Shown here: in pieces, positions 13,501-29,300 of the stretch | Layout: each line of letters begins with the position of its first letter | How positions within the stretch are numbered: the stretch's first letter is position 1 | Source of the DNA: Catajapyx aquilonaris | Lineage: Eukaryota | Length of the DNA: 64,000 nt | Assembly (NCBI GenBank): GCA_000934665.2 | Contig: KZ538378.1 | Location: 1-64,000 of the forward strand | Direction of reading: 5' to 3' | The notes under the pieces: model-generated | The model's input: only the letters and a program-made list of their open reading frames with translations | What the model was told of the DNA's origin: nothing | The model's database searches: none | Position numbers and translations under genes: made by a program

Positions 13501-16500
13501 TTGCGATCAGAGCAAAGAGAGAGACAGTATGTAGTCTTCCTCAGTTTCTGGAAGTAAGATTCGGAAGTGAATCTTGTCTGGAAGGAGTGAGGAAGAGAGG
13601 GCCCGACCTGGGGAGGCCCCAGGATTTATTAGGCCCTTAAAAGGCCCGGGGCTGTAATGGCACGTCGGAGCGATTCCTCTCGGGAGCCCCAGTCCGCAGG
13701 CTCCTTGACAAGCTGATTATTCATATTTGCGTGTTGAAATGTTCAGCGCAGGTCCAATCTGTCAATAGTCGAGGGGAAAAGTCGTCACAAATATGACAAT
13801 GCACTTATCTGGGCGATTCCTGGAGGAGAAGTGCCAGGCCGGGAAATAATCTTAAACTCCTCGGTGGAAGCCGCTCACACAAATTACGAGTTTCCAAGTT
13901 ATCTGCAAGTTTGACGAAGGAACATTTAGCCTAACTTGTAGACCTTTTTTTAAAAGAAAAAAATCGCACACTCGCAATTGTTTCGTCACATGTTCTGGGA
14001 ACTGGGACCTGGCCTGGGCAGGAAGCGTTGAGCCGACCCCAAAATGTTTGGCAAAGCAGAGAGAGAGCTTGCACTTTGGAAGGCGGTCGGCGAGGGTGTT
14101 CCTTTTCCACCCGGGCCAGCTGCTGATACAGTGTGAATGCAAGCTCATGTGGGATTCCGCACACGTTGGCAAAATCCCCATTAGGAGTAGTCGTGGCCTT
14201 TGGGCCTCCGATCCTAATTCACGGGTGCATTAAAATATCCTGGGCCCGCAAATCCCCGTCTGGCCAATTGCGGCGGGGATTATTGGGCGTCGTCTGTGTT
14301 GGCTTTAAGGACAATCCATTAGAGGCAGCAACGTTGGAGGGGAGAGTATTTCCAGGTCTGCCTTTAGCTTGATGCTCGCCAGGCGTCATCATCGCCTGGG
14401 CTTCCAAAAACCCAAGGAAAAGGGAGGGGTTTGGAGGGAGATGAAAATAGACATGAAATATGCATGAAGCTCTCCCCTTTTCTCCCTCAGCCGTGAAGCA
14501 GAGACACTGACGGCTCATTATAACGGCTAAGGGGATGGCCATTACTACCAAACCGCCCCGGCACCAACACTATAAAAAATGGGGGTGGATGGCGGCGGCA
14601 GTTATAGTGGTGGGGGTATAGTGCACCGCAGATTCTAGGATGGGGAAAAATCGCCTCGTTACCGTCTGTCCCGGACGGGATGTAGGTGAATGAAAAATGT
14701 GGCGCCAATTACATTTCAACGTAATGTCCGGGGGGTTTGTGTGTTGGTGGTGAGGGAGGGAGAGAGTAACGTATGAGTAATTAGAGAAAAATGACGCGTT
14801 TGTCGCTGGACCGACCCAATGGGATTCGAAATTGGGCTCCACCCCCGGTTATATGGGATGAACCGTAATATAAGTGGAGGGGGAGGAGGGGAGATATTTG
14901 CACCTGGATAAATGTCAACATGGAAACGATAGGAGCTGTCATGGGGGTGCTTCATTTTTTTTCCAGTTGGACAGGAATTGTTGCCGAAATTTATAATGGA
15001 GCCTTTCAGCACCTGTGTTTTTCAGGAAATCATTTCTGTTCGGGGACTATATGTGGGTGGGTGGGGGACACACACACCGTGTTGGTATCACGCACCGCCA
15101 CGGAGAATGAAACATATGAATCCGGACACGATGTAAATCACACTAATTAGCTGCTCTTTGACAATCGTCAGCGACCTGAACTGAACTGCATGCTGTACTT
15201 CATTGTGTACACTTATTACCGACCATTCCAGTCATTGCGCGGATGGCTTCTTGGTGATGGAACATTACAGTTCGTGTGGCTCATTCATTACTCATAGTGT
15301 TGTTAATACGGCTCTACACCCCGCTTTGTGGCCTTTGGGCAGTTTTGCTGGAAACGACCAACTCGCTCGCTCTCTCTTTCTCCTGCACTGTGGCGCATAC
15401 ACCTGGGGATGGACCGTGCATTGCGCCGCTAATCTATACGATTATTGTTACCCGATATATAAATGGTTGCATGTTTCCGGTGTCGACACCCCCGAATTTC
15501 ATGAATAATACAGCAGGGAGGGTCTAAAAATCAGTGTCAAATTGCACTTTGGGAGAGTGGCACCTCGGGAGGGCTGTGACTGAACCTGCGAGCGATTGCC
15601 AGGAACACTCTCCCCCCCTCGTCATGCCCCCATGACTCTCTGTTCCTCCCCCCACAGCTCCCATCCCACTTCGGACTAAAGCATTGATTCGATTAAACGC
15701 TAAACTTGTTTGCATGCGTAGATGTCATGCAAGATGCGCGTAGATGATTTTTAATGCAATTATTACACCCCCTCTCCTGCCAAACTCCCCTTTCAACCTT
15801 TGCCGCATTTATTGGCATTCTGACTACTTATATGGGGGGAGTGGATAGCAGCTGGGGGGATTTTTAAAAAGGCAGGGAGAGATCGAGACCAGCTTTTGTT
15901 CAGGTCACTAAAATGGCTGAGGATTTGGAGTGCGATATACCCCTACCCTACATAAAGGAATGGGACCGGATAAATTATGGGGTTTCTCAGGCATACTGCG
16001 CTTATGAGGGGAACCAACTATTATGTTCTGCGTATCAGCGCTTCTGCTCATTTTGGGTGTACCTTTCTCTGCAAGTAACGTCGATCTGCCGAACACACTC
16101 CTTTGAGAATCCCAGTTGGTTAATAGAAACTACATACTGCGGTGCTTTTCATTAACTGACTCCCTCCAAGCCAGCATTACTTTCCATTTCGCAAGCACCT
16201 TGAAAAACGGTAATGTTTCATCACTTCTGAGTTTATATTAGCATAATTTCTGGGCTTGTAACCCGTTTTTGCACCTTTATTCTGCAGACCATCTCGCTTC
16301 CCCCACGTATTTCTCCCCAAAATTCCACCCCTCTGTGCGAGGTTTTAGAGGGCGGAACAGTCCGACCTGCAACACGGCCATGCCCCCTGTAATGAAACAC
16401 TAGTGCAAATTTGACTTTGCCGCTGCCGGATTTTGCCGCCTTAGGGAGAAAAAGGGGTTGCTGGTGGGTTGGTAGAGAGAGAGAGAGCGAGAGCGAGAGA

Positions 16501-17926
16501 GATGTATAGAGCGGAATGGGCTGTGCTGTCATGGCGTCATGGCGGAAGAGGAGCTTTGATGGCAAGAGAGGGTAAATCAAGCACCTCTGCCGGCATCACA
16601 CGGCGCCCAAAATCTTTTTCCCCGCCCCCTTTATTATGTTCTTAAGAGGCGGACTGGTGGGTGACAAGCTCACTGCGCCATTAACAGACTCTCTTGGGAG
16701 ACGAACAGCCCCGCGGGCTTGTTGTTTCTGCCGTGTTGTTCCGGAAAGAGGTAGAGAGGCTGGATGTATAGGAGGAGGAGTCAGGACCCCCCAAGCAGCA
16801 GTAGCAAGCAACACACAAGGTTTGCGTCTTGGCGGTGCGGACGTATCTGGGCCGAAAAACGCTCGCTTTTGAGGGAGTCGATATGGTTCAGGGCAGCATC
16901 AACCCTCCCAGTAATGCATAAGCGAAAATTAAGTGCGGGTACGAGATCAATAAAGCTGTGCGGGGGCGACGGCTGTATAGTTTGGGAAATGCTGCACAAG
17001 CCTTCACTAGAGAGATGTTCCGGGAGAAGTAGCGGTTACCACACTAACATAACAACACGTACACCCATGCTAATGTTTGGTTCGTTGTCGACAATAATAG
17101 ATAACAAGGACAATGAGGTGCAACAACAATGAGTACTGCTTACAGTATACGCTTTAACATCAACTCCTGACATTTATTCCTATACTGCAGAATGAGAAAG
17201 TGATAACGGGGCCTATAACATGCTGTCCATTCCTTCATGGTTCTAATGGTGCGTGTCAACATTTGGAACATTTTACAACAGAAAGCAATCTCGCGCACAG
17301 GATATTGCGTGATATTTTCAAAAGGAGCCTGCTGTAAAAAAAAAAAAAAAAACTATTTGGGAATTATGCATAAGTTCACCTGAGAATAATGGCGGCATAG
17401 ATCACGGAGGAAAAGGAATTTCTGGGAGAAGGGGAATGCGGGTCTGCATTCCGTCTTTTTTGGGAAGTGAGTTGGTGAGGGTGAGGGGAAGGCTAGAGAG
17501 AAATGGGGGGCAGCCACTGTCCATTTGGAGTGCAATTGAGGTGCGAGAGAAGGCAGAGTCGGCGCCATGTCTTTGGAGTCTTGGCATGCCAGCAGTGAAA
17601 CGCGAGATGCTGCCCACGAAAAAGTCTGTGGGGACGCCTCCGAGGGTCGTCTCCTGGATTCTGCCAAGATGGACTTCCGGGTAGAATTTAAGGAGCCGGG
17701 CAGACAGTCAGGGGGTGTTGGGTGGAAGGGAGGGAGGGGTGGTGGGGGCTGTCTCTATTGCACTATCGAGGATCATCCGAGAGAGGAAAAGGTCATCTCG
17801 AGCCGTAATGAGACACCGTCTAGTGGGCTCGACCTTAATTAAACCTATAATTAAGATTCTTCGAGTAAGGCCACACTTAATATCGTAGCAATACTTAGTG
17901 CCCTCCTTGACCTTTTCTCGTTCCAG

Positions 17927-18010
17927 TGGATCTTCTGCACACATTGGAATTCAACGCCACCGTGAGCTTTCCCGCGGCGCCACTTTTGACTGTGATTCTG
18001 GCTCTTGTTG
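17927..18010 (+). CDS. TMEM259: Membralin internal coding exon ((M)DLLHTLEFNATVSFPAAPLLTVILALV(G))
   Basis: Polypyrimidine acceptor ccttttctcgttccAG and donor TTG|GTAAGT. The 84-nt exon is phase 1/1 and contains the membralin motif FPAAPLLTVILALVG. Confidence 0.96.
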
Positions 18011-21000
18011 GTAAGTATACCGTTTGTATTATTTACGGGCATGACGTCAATCTACAGGGGCGCGAATTCAAAGGAAGCAGTTTGTTAGATATTAATTAAT
18101 TTCTTTTGACTGCAATATACAACAGCTGATGGAAGAAGAGTAAGTGAACGGCCCGAGGGTCGAAGTGCAGGGTTATGTATTTGGAATTAAATTAACATGT
18201 TCGTGTAGAATCATCATCATCATCATCATGAAATTCCCCTTCCAGGATCGTTGTCGGATTCAATCGCAATAATGTTAATGAGAGTGTTCATCATAATATT
18301 AGATGGAAAAGTGAAACTCGGTTTTTACCTCAAGTTAGATCCCTATAAGCGAGAAATATGGATTTTAAGCAGTGCATCACCTGAACAATGCAGAAGAATG
18401 ATATTAAAACGTGTTCTTCCGGTCCTGGGTTTCCCCACGTTCACGACGGTGTACAAGTGTATGTAGTTCTTACTGTTACGTGTCACCATGATGAGTTAGG
18501 CCTACTTTGCATAATGCAGGCTGTGCTGTGTTACATTTCCGGCAAGAAGGCCTTCAAGTGTAGACGCGTTTCTGCGCTGTATATATGCGACCAGCACTTG
18601 TCATAAGGCAGGCTGACTTCCCGTGGCCTAATCGAGTTTGAAAGAATGGAAGCGTCAGATTAGGAAATTTACGGCATTAGCCATCTTCCCGGATGCTGCT
18701 GAGGAAGTGAATGACTCCGGCAGATAAGACGCTGGCTCTAATGCAAGAGGGTTGGCGCAGTCCGCGATCGCTGCACCAGATACCCTGCCTCCTTCCCCCC
18801 TCCAACGACACGGTTTACGTCTTGGAAGAGGGGCCAGGGATCATTATGGGATTTTTGGGGAGAAAGTTGGGCCAGAATGAGTTGAGCCGACGCTTTTCTG
18901 CAGGGGGGACTTGGAAGAGCCAAGATTTACTGCCTCACCCTCCACACACCCCGTTTGAAGCGCACCGCACCGCAAAATAAGGTGCGGGACGACGTCGCCT
19001 GCGCTCGAGATAAGGGTATACTGTAACACAGTTCATACTTTTTATGCACTGCTCGAGTGAGGAATTGCGTGTTGTTGCCGAGTGGATGCGTTTACGACGG
19101 AGGGAAAAAAGACGCGTAACTGCAGGGTCGTAATTGGCGCCGGTTTTTCTCATTCTCCTCTCCAGACGTGGGTATATAAGGAAAAGGGGGGGAAAATCCC
19201 CTGGAGGATCAACAAGTGCCGCTTTGCAACAAGTGTCCGATGGGAGAGGATGGTGCAACAAGTTCGAGATGCTTCGGCCAGAAGAATCTCAAGGGTTGAG
19301 TCGTTGCTTGGCTGCTGCTGGCTCTGGTCACATTATTCAAATTCATTCCATTTCTAAAGGTGTCTGCCTGGGATTGGCTGGTTATGGTTATGTGACTTCG
19401 GCTGACACGAGTTTTGTTTCCCCGTCTGGGAAGCCACTGCGGATTTCATATATTTGGCGCCAGTTTCCAGGCTGTTTCATGGTTTATAATCCCAGTAAGT
19501 TCCAACCCAGATGTTCCGTCATACCCGGTTCTAATCCCCGGGCCCTTCATCACTCGAATAAACTACGTTCATTTCTAGGCGTATAATTCTCCATTACACA
19601 GGGTGATGCACAGCACAAGTCCCCTGATCAAGGGGAAGAGGTTGTGCGTCGTTCACTCTAGAAACCAATTTAAAGAGAAGCGACAGTTATCGCCATTGTG
19701 TTTCTGAATGTTTATACTTACACTAAAGGATTTCCTATATCTTTGTCACTGGCTGCTGTAGCGAACAATTCGTAATTTATTCTCCTGCCCCGTCGCTGAG
19801 AATGTACAGTACTAAGAGATTCCGCCATTTTGTCCCCAGCTAAGCATCACCATGTGGCAATAACTGTTGGCCTAGGCAGGTGTTTCGACATATTACTGTT
19901 CGGTACGTGTTGTGCAAAATTGCCAGTAATTCCGTATGACAGCGGTAATGATGCGCTGTATCACCGTCCGCGAAGGAAATCTCCTTTGGACAATCAATAT
20001 GCGGTGTGTCAGATTACATCCAGCGCTGTGGGGTCAGCGGCGAAGTCACACGCTTCCAAGTCATTCCCGAATGTATCCATCAACCTTAAGAGGGAAACAT
20101 AATCCCTCCTTTCCCGAGTAATAAATGCGATTAGATGGATTGCGGGTTGATTTATGAGCTGCACAAGTTGCGCTTGTGACTGGTCTGTCGTGTCTCATAC
20201 CCCTCAAGCATTTGCAAAGAGGGGCTTGTCCCAATATCGGACGCTCCATCATCCACCCCTCCCCCATTTTTTCCTCTCCCTCGCTCTCCCCTCACAAGTG
20301 CCACCCTTGATAAACAGGCGGTTCTCCTTTTTTTAATTCCCGTCTCAGCTGCAGGTAGGATAACTGGAAGCACGCCACATTGATTTCCAGAATGGCCTCT
20401 TTGGTCTGCCTCCATGACTCTTCCTATTCGGACATCCCCCAGTCACTCGTGGGGGAGGTAGAATCGATATGATTAATTTTGGCGGGTAGTGGTGGATGGG
20501 GACAGGAAAACGCAGAAGTGACAATGCAAGACCGATGGTGGATGTAACGTAATCTGTTGCGATTGCTTTCCTTAGGGTTCCAGTAAACAAGGTCGCACTG
20601 CTTCTATTGACGCTAACAGAATCAGGGAACTAATTGCATCAAGCTGTACTTGAGGATGTTTTTCGATCCTCTATTTGTAGTCACTGCAGCCGGTGTACGG
20701 ACAACGTCGAGAAGAGTAAGAATTAGCGACTTGTAATGGAAATTAGGGCCAGTAGCACCATTAATAATAATGTCAGATTGAACTGATGTTAGTCATTTGG
20801 CAACAATTAGAAATGAGTGGGTCATGTGCATTAAATTTATCCGATTCGACCTGCGTGACATTTCGAAACTTCGAGAAAATTGCTCTCCGAAGCCTTTTAT
20901 ATACAGGCTGCAACAATACTATAGTGAGCCTTCTGTAGAGATTGGCCTTCGACTAATGCCTGTATTCGACGCCCACATCACTCAAACTACGCCTACAGCA

Positions 21001-24000
21001 GAAGTAATATGCCCACAATCTTCTCTGCCTCATTTAGAAATTGTGTCTCTTTGAATTGGAAGTAAAAATAGGACACGAATCCGGATCCAGTATGAAAAGA
21101 GGTTTAGTCATCTCTTTTTAGGTTTAAGATCACAATAGAAATGCTTAAGTCAGAGTGTGGTGGCTAGAAATAACCAGCTAAATACGCATCCCCTGCTGTG
21201 ATTGGCTGCTTCGAAAAAGTATAGCGTAGGTATAGTTGCGGCGTCCTACTTCTTCCTCTGGCTCACCGGCGCGGGAACGATGAAGCCCCTTCCATTTTGC
21301 AATTTAAAATCAAAGTCTGGCCTTAGTCTTTCCCCAGCTTTTTTTGTGCACAGGAAGTATTCCCCTCCTCGTAAGTCTTCCCTTTTCCTTTCATCCCAGC
21401 AGAATAAATTAGCCGCGATTTTCTTCACTGAGCTCTTTCGTTATATGGGAGGGGGGCGCAGCGCGTTAAAAGACTTGCTTGGAATTTTCATTCTGCGCAA
21501 TAACGCGCCAATATTATATAGTGTGTCTGCTGGTGCTTTGAGCATGGACAGGAAGAATCGAAATGAAAGGGAAAATGATTGGCGCGGTTCCCCCTTGTTA
21601 GCAATATTTGCCGCTTTTCCAACAGCGTAGTTTTCCTCGAGCTTTGTGAGCGGAAGGCAAAAGTATATCCTGGAAGTCAGGCTTCACTGCAAGACGGTGT
21701 GTTGCAGGGTGGCTCTGAATAGTCAGGATGAACTTTTTTTTTTTAAATTTCCACGGGGCGAACCCGAATCTCCTGGCCGGCGGGAGGTGCGGCTTGCCCG
21801 GCCAAAATGCATCGTCTCTCCGGGCAGATCGTCACACTATATGCGCTGGTCCAACCACTGACCTTTAACACACGGCACAAAAAAGGCGTGGACGACCTCA
21901 CGTTACTGCTTCTTAATCCTTTTTATGTCGTAAAGCAAGCTGGACGGAACAATGAGTTTGGCTAATGTCCGGACGTCATTCTAGCTCCTCTTTTCTTGAG
22001 TCGTGCCCTTCTGGGAACCCCTTTTGATGTTTTGGGTGGCCCGATTCACTCTCCTTTCTTCAGGCTGATTCTAATCGGGCCAAATGACGCAGAGGGGGCT
22101 AACTGCCATTGTCTTGCGGTTTGGGCCGGTAATCATCTCCTCCCTCGGACCACCCAACCCTACCTCGCAGCACCTCGAAAAAGATGGTTTGGTAATTTAG
22201 GCCAACCGGGGGATTGACCAGGTATAGGAGAGAAGCGAGGATTACAAAAGGGGAGGGGTTCGCTTGGTTTTTGGGCGGTGACCATTTTCGCCCAGGGGCC
22301 TCCCAGGCACCGGATAATGCCCGTCAGGGTTTGCGGGGATTAGAGACGCCATGAGCATTTGCCAGTTCGTCTTTTGTGTTCGGGGGGTGGCTCCGGGTAT
22401 TTCGCGGCCGGCCGGATTTTCGAGGAGGATTAAGACCCGTTACCACCTCACTTTACATTCTATATGAGCATGACTTTGGAGGGATATTATGACTCTGGGG
22501 GAGGATGGGGATTGGGGGGCCGGGGGAGAGCAATTGTTTTCCCAGCACCGGGGGAAACTGAGGGGGGAGACGTGGGGTGAGACGAAGGGAGAGGATTTGG
22601 ACCGGTTGGGGAGGCCCGAGACAAGGATGATTTGGGGATGACTTGATTTCGGTCCAACAGCACGTTCATGCGTTTCGGATGCTGGCGGGGATGAGCGTTT
22701 CAGGCTCGGAAAGAAGTTGTCTCGCCTTGTCTTTTTCTGGCGGAGTTAGGTTCAGATCTGGGATGTTAATCCCCGTTATGACATGTAAGTTGCCGTCGAG
22801 GTAGTTTCAGATCTTTGGGTGTAGCAACCCTGTAGGAGTGTCCTGTGGTAGACGAAAAGGTGGGTGGAAGATAAATACTCTAGGCTCTATATGTAAGCAG
22901 GAACAATGTCTCTGTCGAAGGGATACCTCCTTCTCGCAGATAAAATTTTCCGATTGGACTAAGAACATTTTCTTCACAGGGTAGGATTGCCAGTCAGCTG
23001 TACATTAAACGCGTCCCACCTACTCATGCCTAAAAGTGGTTTGAAAAAGACTCCCCGTGGTCTCTCGCACTAAATCGTGCTTGTGTTAAGTAATTGCCGC
23101 CAGCGCGACCGTATTCTTGAATAAATCACCCAGATTCTTCACTGACACACCCAGTTGCTAATTATGACTCTAATCCCACCTGATGTGAGCCACCTCCCAA
23201 CACACTGCGTCAAGAGTCTCACTTAGACAAAATTAGAACACGCAGTCACACGGCGGAAGATACATGCCTTGTAATGAAAGCCAAGTGTGCCTGCTACAGT
23301 GTAGCATGCACAAGTTTTTGGTATGGCTTGAGTGCGCAGGGTTGGCCTTATGCAGTACTCTTTTACTGTAGCTGCCTCCGCTGATGATGGATATTATTTT
23401 CCCCAAGTATCCCCCAGCCCGTCTTTCAAATTCCTTTCTTCTTGAGAAACTGGAAATGCCGCAGGATTAGGGACACATTTTAAGCTAATAAGCTTAGCGG
23501 GCAATTCAAATGCCGGTGGAAATTATTTTTTCCTTCTCGTAACAGATGGTGCAACGTGACTTGTAATCCTATTTAAATAATCATTCCCGTCGTTTCGCTT
23601 TGCTGAATAAATTAGGGAGGCCTCGAGAACGAATGATGTGTGCGGAAACGATGATTCAGACCCAACCACCCACTTGTATTGAAATCAATTAGTTGCCTCC
23701 CAGAAGAGCTGCCCCGGAGTCAGGAACTCGTTGCAATAGGAAGAAACAAACTCTATTAGCATGAGTATAAATCAAATTTTGCTCGGCCCGGATTACAGAT
23801 CGCCATTCCCCCGAGGCTCAGACCCGAGCCCGGATAAGAAACGAGGAAGAAAAGAGAGAGCATCGCTGGCTTATACAAAGAGGTCGAGATATTTCTGCAT
23901 CAAGATGGAGTTTCCTCAGACGTTATTTGTTTTTATGGAAGCGTAAGAAGAGGAAAAATACATCATTGACAAGCAGCCAAAAAATGTCGATATTTGTATC

Positions 24001-26208
24001 TAGCGATGGACAAAGAGAGTAAGGGCGGATGGTGCTGCGATTGGTGGGGAAATTGGGAAAAGCCACACTGTTATAATTCGAGATTCTTTGATATGTGTAC
24101 AACTCTCAACAGAAACTGTAATAATCCCTGTCACATTTTGGAAGGATTTTTAAAATCAGCGCGTGTCATAAAACAGTGTGCTCTTAGGTTTACTTAGGCA
24201 AATTTTTTTCTAAGAAAAGAAAGTGCTCTTGTGCACCTCATTAAAATTATAAATCTACTGGGATTACTACCTGCTGTTAACTGTAAGTGGATGCACAGGA
24301 TATTGTTTTTGAAGCAGGATAAATGATGTAGCCATTATTAATGAGACAGCAAAGGCCGACGCCACATTACAGCAGGGCAACATAAGAAAGCAGATACCTA
24401 AAGATGCTTGGCTTGTGTTTAATAAGACACGACTCACTTTTCATTTTGTGCATGAACATGAAGAGCTTGTGATGTTCATGTCACTTCTACGATTTGGAAT
24501 CTGCTGCTTCTGAAGTCTGTTCACTTTTCATCTGTTACAGCACAACCTCTTCCACCAGCTACATCCAACAAAATAATAACAAAAAGGAGGAAGCAGCGCG
24601 ATATATTTCTGGAGTCCCATAATTGCGTATAGGAAGGCCAATTCGCCGACTTATTGAAAACTGCAACTCGCGTTTGAATGCCGAGGATATACTGTATATA
24701 TGGAAAGCGAACCTTTTCTGCGCCTTCCCCCCCCCCCCCCNCCCCGCCAATCCACTGCATTTGGAGCCACATATTTTTACTTATTTTATTTTTCTCGGGC
24801 TTTTCCGTCTTCAAAGAGAGAGCAGGGGAGGGGGAGGGGAGAGAATTGCAGAGCTAGGCCACATCTTTCCTGCTCCCCATTTGATGGCGGATCCCAAAAG
24901 CAGATGACCTGAGATGATAGGAGTTGAAGGATGTTTGAGGCCAGAGGACGGTTGTTGACAACCATATATTTTCTTTTCCGCGGCTGCGACCTCCCCGTGG
25001 CGACCCGGGGTTCTGATCTTATCTGAAAGGGTAGGATGGAGGATGAGAGAGGGGGGAGGGAAGGGGGGCACTAGAAAATATAACTAATGCCATGGAACAG
25101 AAAAGGGAAAAGCAGGATTGTTTACCTATAGCATGCAAAGTGGCCGCGTCCTATTGAAACTTGGCTGGGGACCTTCCCGTGCATGGGTAAAGAGGGGGGG
25201 GGGGGGNNGGGGGGATCCGGCTTTTGATGTTGATCTGCCACATTCAGGCTGCATCAAAGTTTGTGTGAATAGAGCACCGCGGCAGGTTATCGCCAGTTGC
25301 AAGGTTACAGTCGACATTTTTCGTCCAGGAGAATGAATGGCTTTCCAAATACACCGCGAGTTTGTTCATATAAACAACCTCGACGATCTCAGCTCCTCTC
25401 TTTATTTTTATTTTTGTGTGTTAAACTTTGCAATCCCTCTCGTTGCGCTCCCGTTTTATTTTTGAACAATTTTTCTATCATCCGGCTTTTATATTCGTAT
25501 ATTTGGCCGCTTCTCTTGGTCAGGTTGCCAGGGAGCTGATACCCCGAGCTGCTTTTGAGCAAATGAATGGGAGGTTTATTGTTATTCAAAAACGGAGAGA
25601 TTGAAACGGCCTCCTGTTGACATCAGCGCGTCTTATCCTGTACTGGGCAGGTTCCAGGAGAAAGGAGAAAATGTTCAAATCAGGGGAGTGGGGAGAAAGC
25701 TCTCCTAGGCCAGGATCGCCCCCGTTTTTCACGGGTGATGCCTGGAAACTGCCAGCTCTTTTAGGTAATTGAATTGAGGGAGCGGGGGAAGGAGGGCGGG
25801 GGCGGTGCTTGCATCCACCTGAAAGAGGAATTTTTGTCTCCCCTTGGCCCGGGCGCTACTTATGCTGCTTCCCACTTTCCACACCTTTTCTTTGCGCAGC
25901 TCTCATCGGGGAATTTATGGCGCATATAGACGCCGCATTGTTGGGCCGCCCGGCTTATAAAAGGCTTCCTTTTCTTCCGCCTCGGAGGGAATGACCTTAC
26001 TTGAAGGGGGCGGGGGCGGGAGGCAGGAAATTTGCGGCATTGTTGAATTTTCGGGCAGCCAATAAATTGCAGCGCAAAATAATCCAATGCTCGAAGACAT
26101 TGTCAGTGTTGACAATGTAGGTGGGGGGTATATTCTCATGTTTTCTCCGTGTCATGATGATGCAAATCTGCCAGGAGTTGCTGGCTGCAGACTGACTGCT
26201 GGTTTTGA

Positions 26209-26382
<174 letters not shown>

Positions 26383-29300
26383 TAAGGCCGACGACCTCTT
26401 GTTTTATTTTCTCCCTTTAAAAAAATTAACTACAGTGCACGAGAGACAAAACTCTTTGGGGTGGATTTGAAAGGGGTGGGCTTTTCTGACTGCAGACCGC
26501 GAAACGTTTCCAGTTGTGCATATTACCGGGCTGTGGCAATGACAAGCGCTCCCTTAGTAGTAGTAGCACTCGCTTTTTGCGGTGTGGGATCCGAAGCAGT
26601 GCTGGGAAAATCCGGGGACCGGCCACAGAAACCTGAGTTTTGGTTTCTTGTCGAGACATCCACCCCCACCACACCCCTCCTCTTCCCCACACGCTTTTGG
26701 GAGGTATGAAGTGCGTCAGGTTCGGATGTCGCCCTGGGAGCCCGTTGGCCCCAGGGACCTGCCTTGGGAGTTTGGGCACGTGCCAGCACATGTGATCTGT
26801 CGTTTTTCGTTTCCTGAGCCACAGATTTCCCCCGGGGTGCCGAAATGCATACCGCGGGGTCTGTCTCCTAGGGCGGAGCAGGGGCCAGCTGGGTCATGGT
26901 GTATTTTCTTTTTTTAGGTAGATCAAGTTGCACCTGCGGAGGGAGGGCTTTGTATGATGCACTGTACGAACCGTTTGAACACTGATAAAACATCTCGGCG
27001 CCCATTTTTGACATGGTGAGTCTACCCCCATGGTAGTGGGTTGGCTGAAATGATGCCCCCGATGCAATGCCGCCATTTTAATACCGACACCGGTTTGTCC
27101 CCGTGGCCTCAAAGGGGATGCGGCCATCTTTTGTTCTTGTCGGTCTCTGGAACAAGACGAGGACTTGGGAATGGCGGTGGTGTTGGTGGCACGAGAGAGA
27201 GCGAGAGAACGCGGGTCTCTCTCTCTCCCTCTTTCTCTCTCACCCACTACCATCTCCCCAACATGCCCAGGCCTTGGCATGCGAAAGCCTAATGAAATCA
27301 GCCAGCTACTTCATAGTCGTGATTCAATTATGATCCTATCAGGGGCGCGGTACCGGGTTGCACGCTCGCCTCATGGGCAGGAATGGGAAAGGGACCCCGA
27401 CAGGAGCTTCCAGGGCTTAAGACAGGAGGGGGCGGTCCAATACGCCCTCTCTTTCGCCCCCCTGCGAGTAGGTGCGGTTATGCCAACATATAAAATAGAT
27501 GTAAGTAGCAGCGATTGCTGTTAGACGAAATAAGCTGTTGTGCATCCCTGTCATGGACTCGTGAGACGCAATGTTTCTGCCAAAAAAAAGAGTGCCCCTG
27601 TGCAGTGTTTATATGTGCCACGTGCAGGCAGAGTGGAGGCATAATAGGTCGATTTTGCACAGGACGAGTTTGTTTGGCCCCCTCCCCCAATCCTGTTTTG
27701 GCGTAACAAGAGGAAGTGCTTTGGGAAGGAAGGCCCGTTATGTGCCAGTTGTAGCGCCCGGTGCTTTTAGGCCTGCCTTTGGATAAAGGTGTGTCAACAT
27801 GGTTTGGAACTGTTTTGTGCTTTCCTAATGCCTCATTATTCTCCTGCACTTGAGACGAGAAATTGCCTGCATAATACATAACGCTGCTACCGCCGCGCCG
27901 CCCGCTCGACACCTCAGACTATTTAGGGACAACTTGACTGAAATTTGCGCGCAGTTGTCAACTTTTATCCCGGCGACAAGGCCCAACGTTTTTATGGACT
28001 CGGCTCTCCACCACATGTAATGTACTCGTTGGCTTTAATGCCTTAAAGTTAAAAATTTTCGCCGGAACAGTGTCCAGCGGTGCGATGGAAGAAATGAAAC
28101 ATGCAGCATTGCCGTGATATGCATAAAATGCCTCCAGTAAAACTTGCTGAAAGGTCGATTGGAACATGGAACATTTTAATAAAACCGATTGCCATTAGGT
28201 ATGCCTCGGGACTGATTAATACGGTGCTATAGTTTTGCAAATTCTTTGTACATATTGACACTTTGATTTGTTCAGATATTACGCAGCTACTATACTGGGC
28301 GTCTGTCATGTTAAAACTATTGCTGTAAAGTGAAATTTTTCAGCCCTATGATTACAGTTGCGTAATTTGTTGAAGTCACCGGGGAATTTACGAATGAAAA
28401 CAAAAACAAACAAAAAAAATCGGCATACTTCAAAAGAGGTGCTTCCGCCTGTGGCCGGCTCTTGGCTCCCGACCGAACAAATATCTGGGCGCGATTGAGG
28501 TTAATTAATATACCATGCATTCTGTGCGCCGCAGAAAGGTGTCAGGGGAGATGATGAGTGTTGCCATCCGGATGACGACCGCAGATTGAGAGGCAGCCTG
28601 TGAATTTGGATGGAATTTTGAGCGAGTGTTGTAGTGAGACCCCGGCGCCCTGATTACCGGCCAGTCTCAACATCGTGGGGGAGCCCCCCCTCACCATTTT
28701 TGCGTGCTGCTGACGAAAATCAGGATTTATTTACAAGCAGCTCGGCACATAAAGAAGGGGCTTGAATGTGCTCGCTATCGTCATTCACGTGTTTTCCTGG
28801 CGTAAAACCGTCCACATTATGTGGATGCCCTCGTTCTAACGGATTGCTGCGTTAATTTTTTGGGGGGCGGCTGGAACGCAAGTGGACTGTCCGGAGTATT
28901 AATCAGAAGCATGTTTTTTTTTTGTTGTTGTTGATATAGTTCTGTGTGCGAGCTTTTCTGTCCCAGTCCAGTGACAGTTTCATTCAAAGCAATAAAGAGG
29001 GAGGGACGTGAATGATCCCTGAGGCCACAAAGTTGCATTTCCAACTTGCACTCATTTGACCAAATGCTGAGTGATGAACACGGTTGAAAGGAGTACGTAA
29101 TCCAACGCTGCTGCTGCTGCTGCTGCATCATTCGGATCTGAAATAACTTTGATAGGAACGGCACCGTGTATGTGTAGCTTTCCGATCCAATCACCGGGAA
29201 ATGAGTGCTGAATTAACACAGGTGATCAAACTTGATGTTTTTCGATTGGATTTATTGTGCATCGGCTTCAAATTAGCTGTCTGTCACGCTCTTGAACTAC

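Noticed and set aside
17081..17092. TTCGTTGTCGAC resembling the 5' part of miR-981 as I recall it
   Set aside because: The match stops after 12 nt and no precursor hairpin is evident. I recognised no conserved miRNA in the window.
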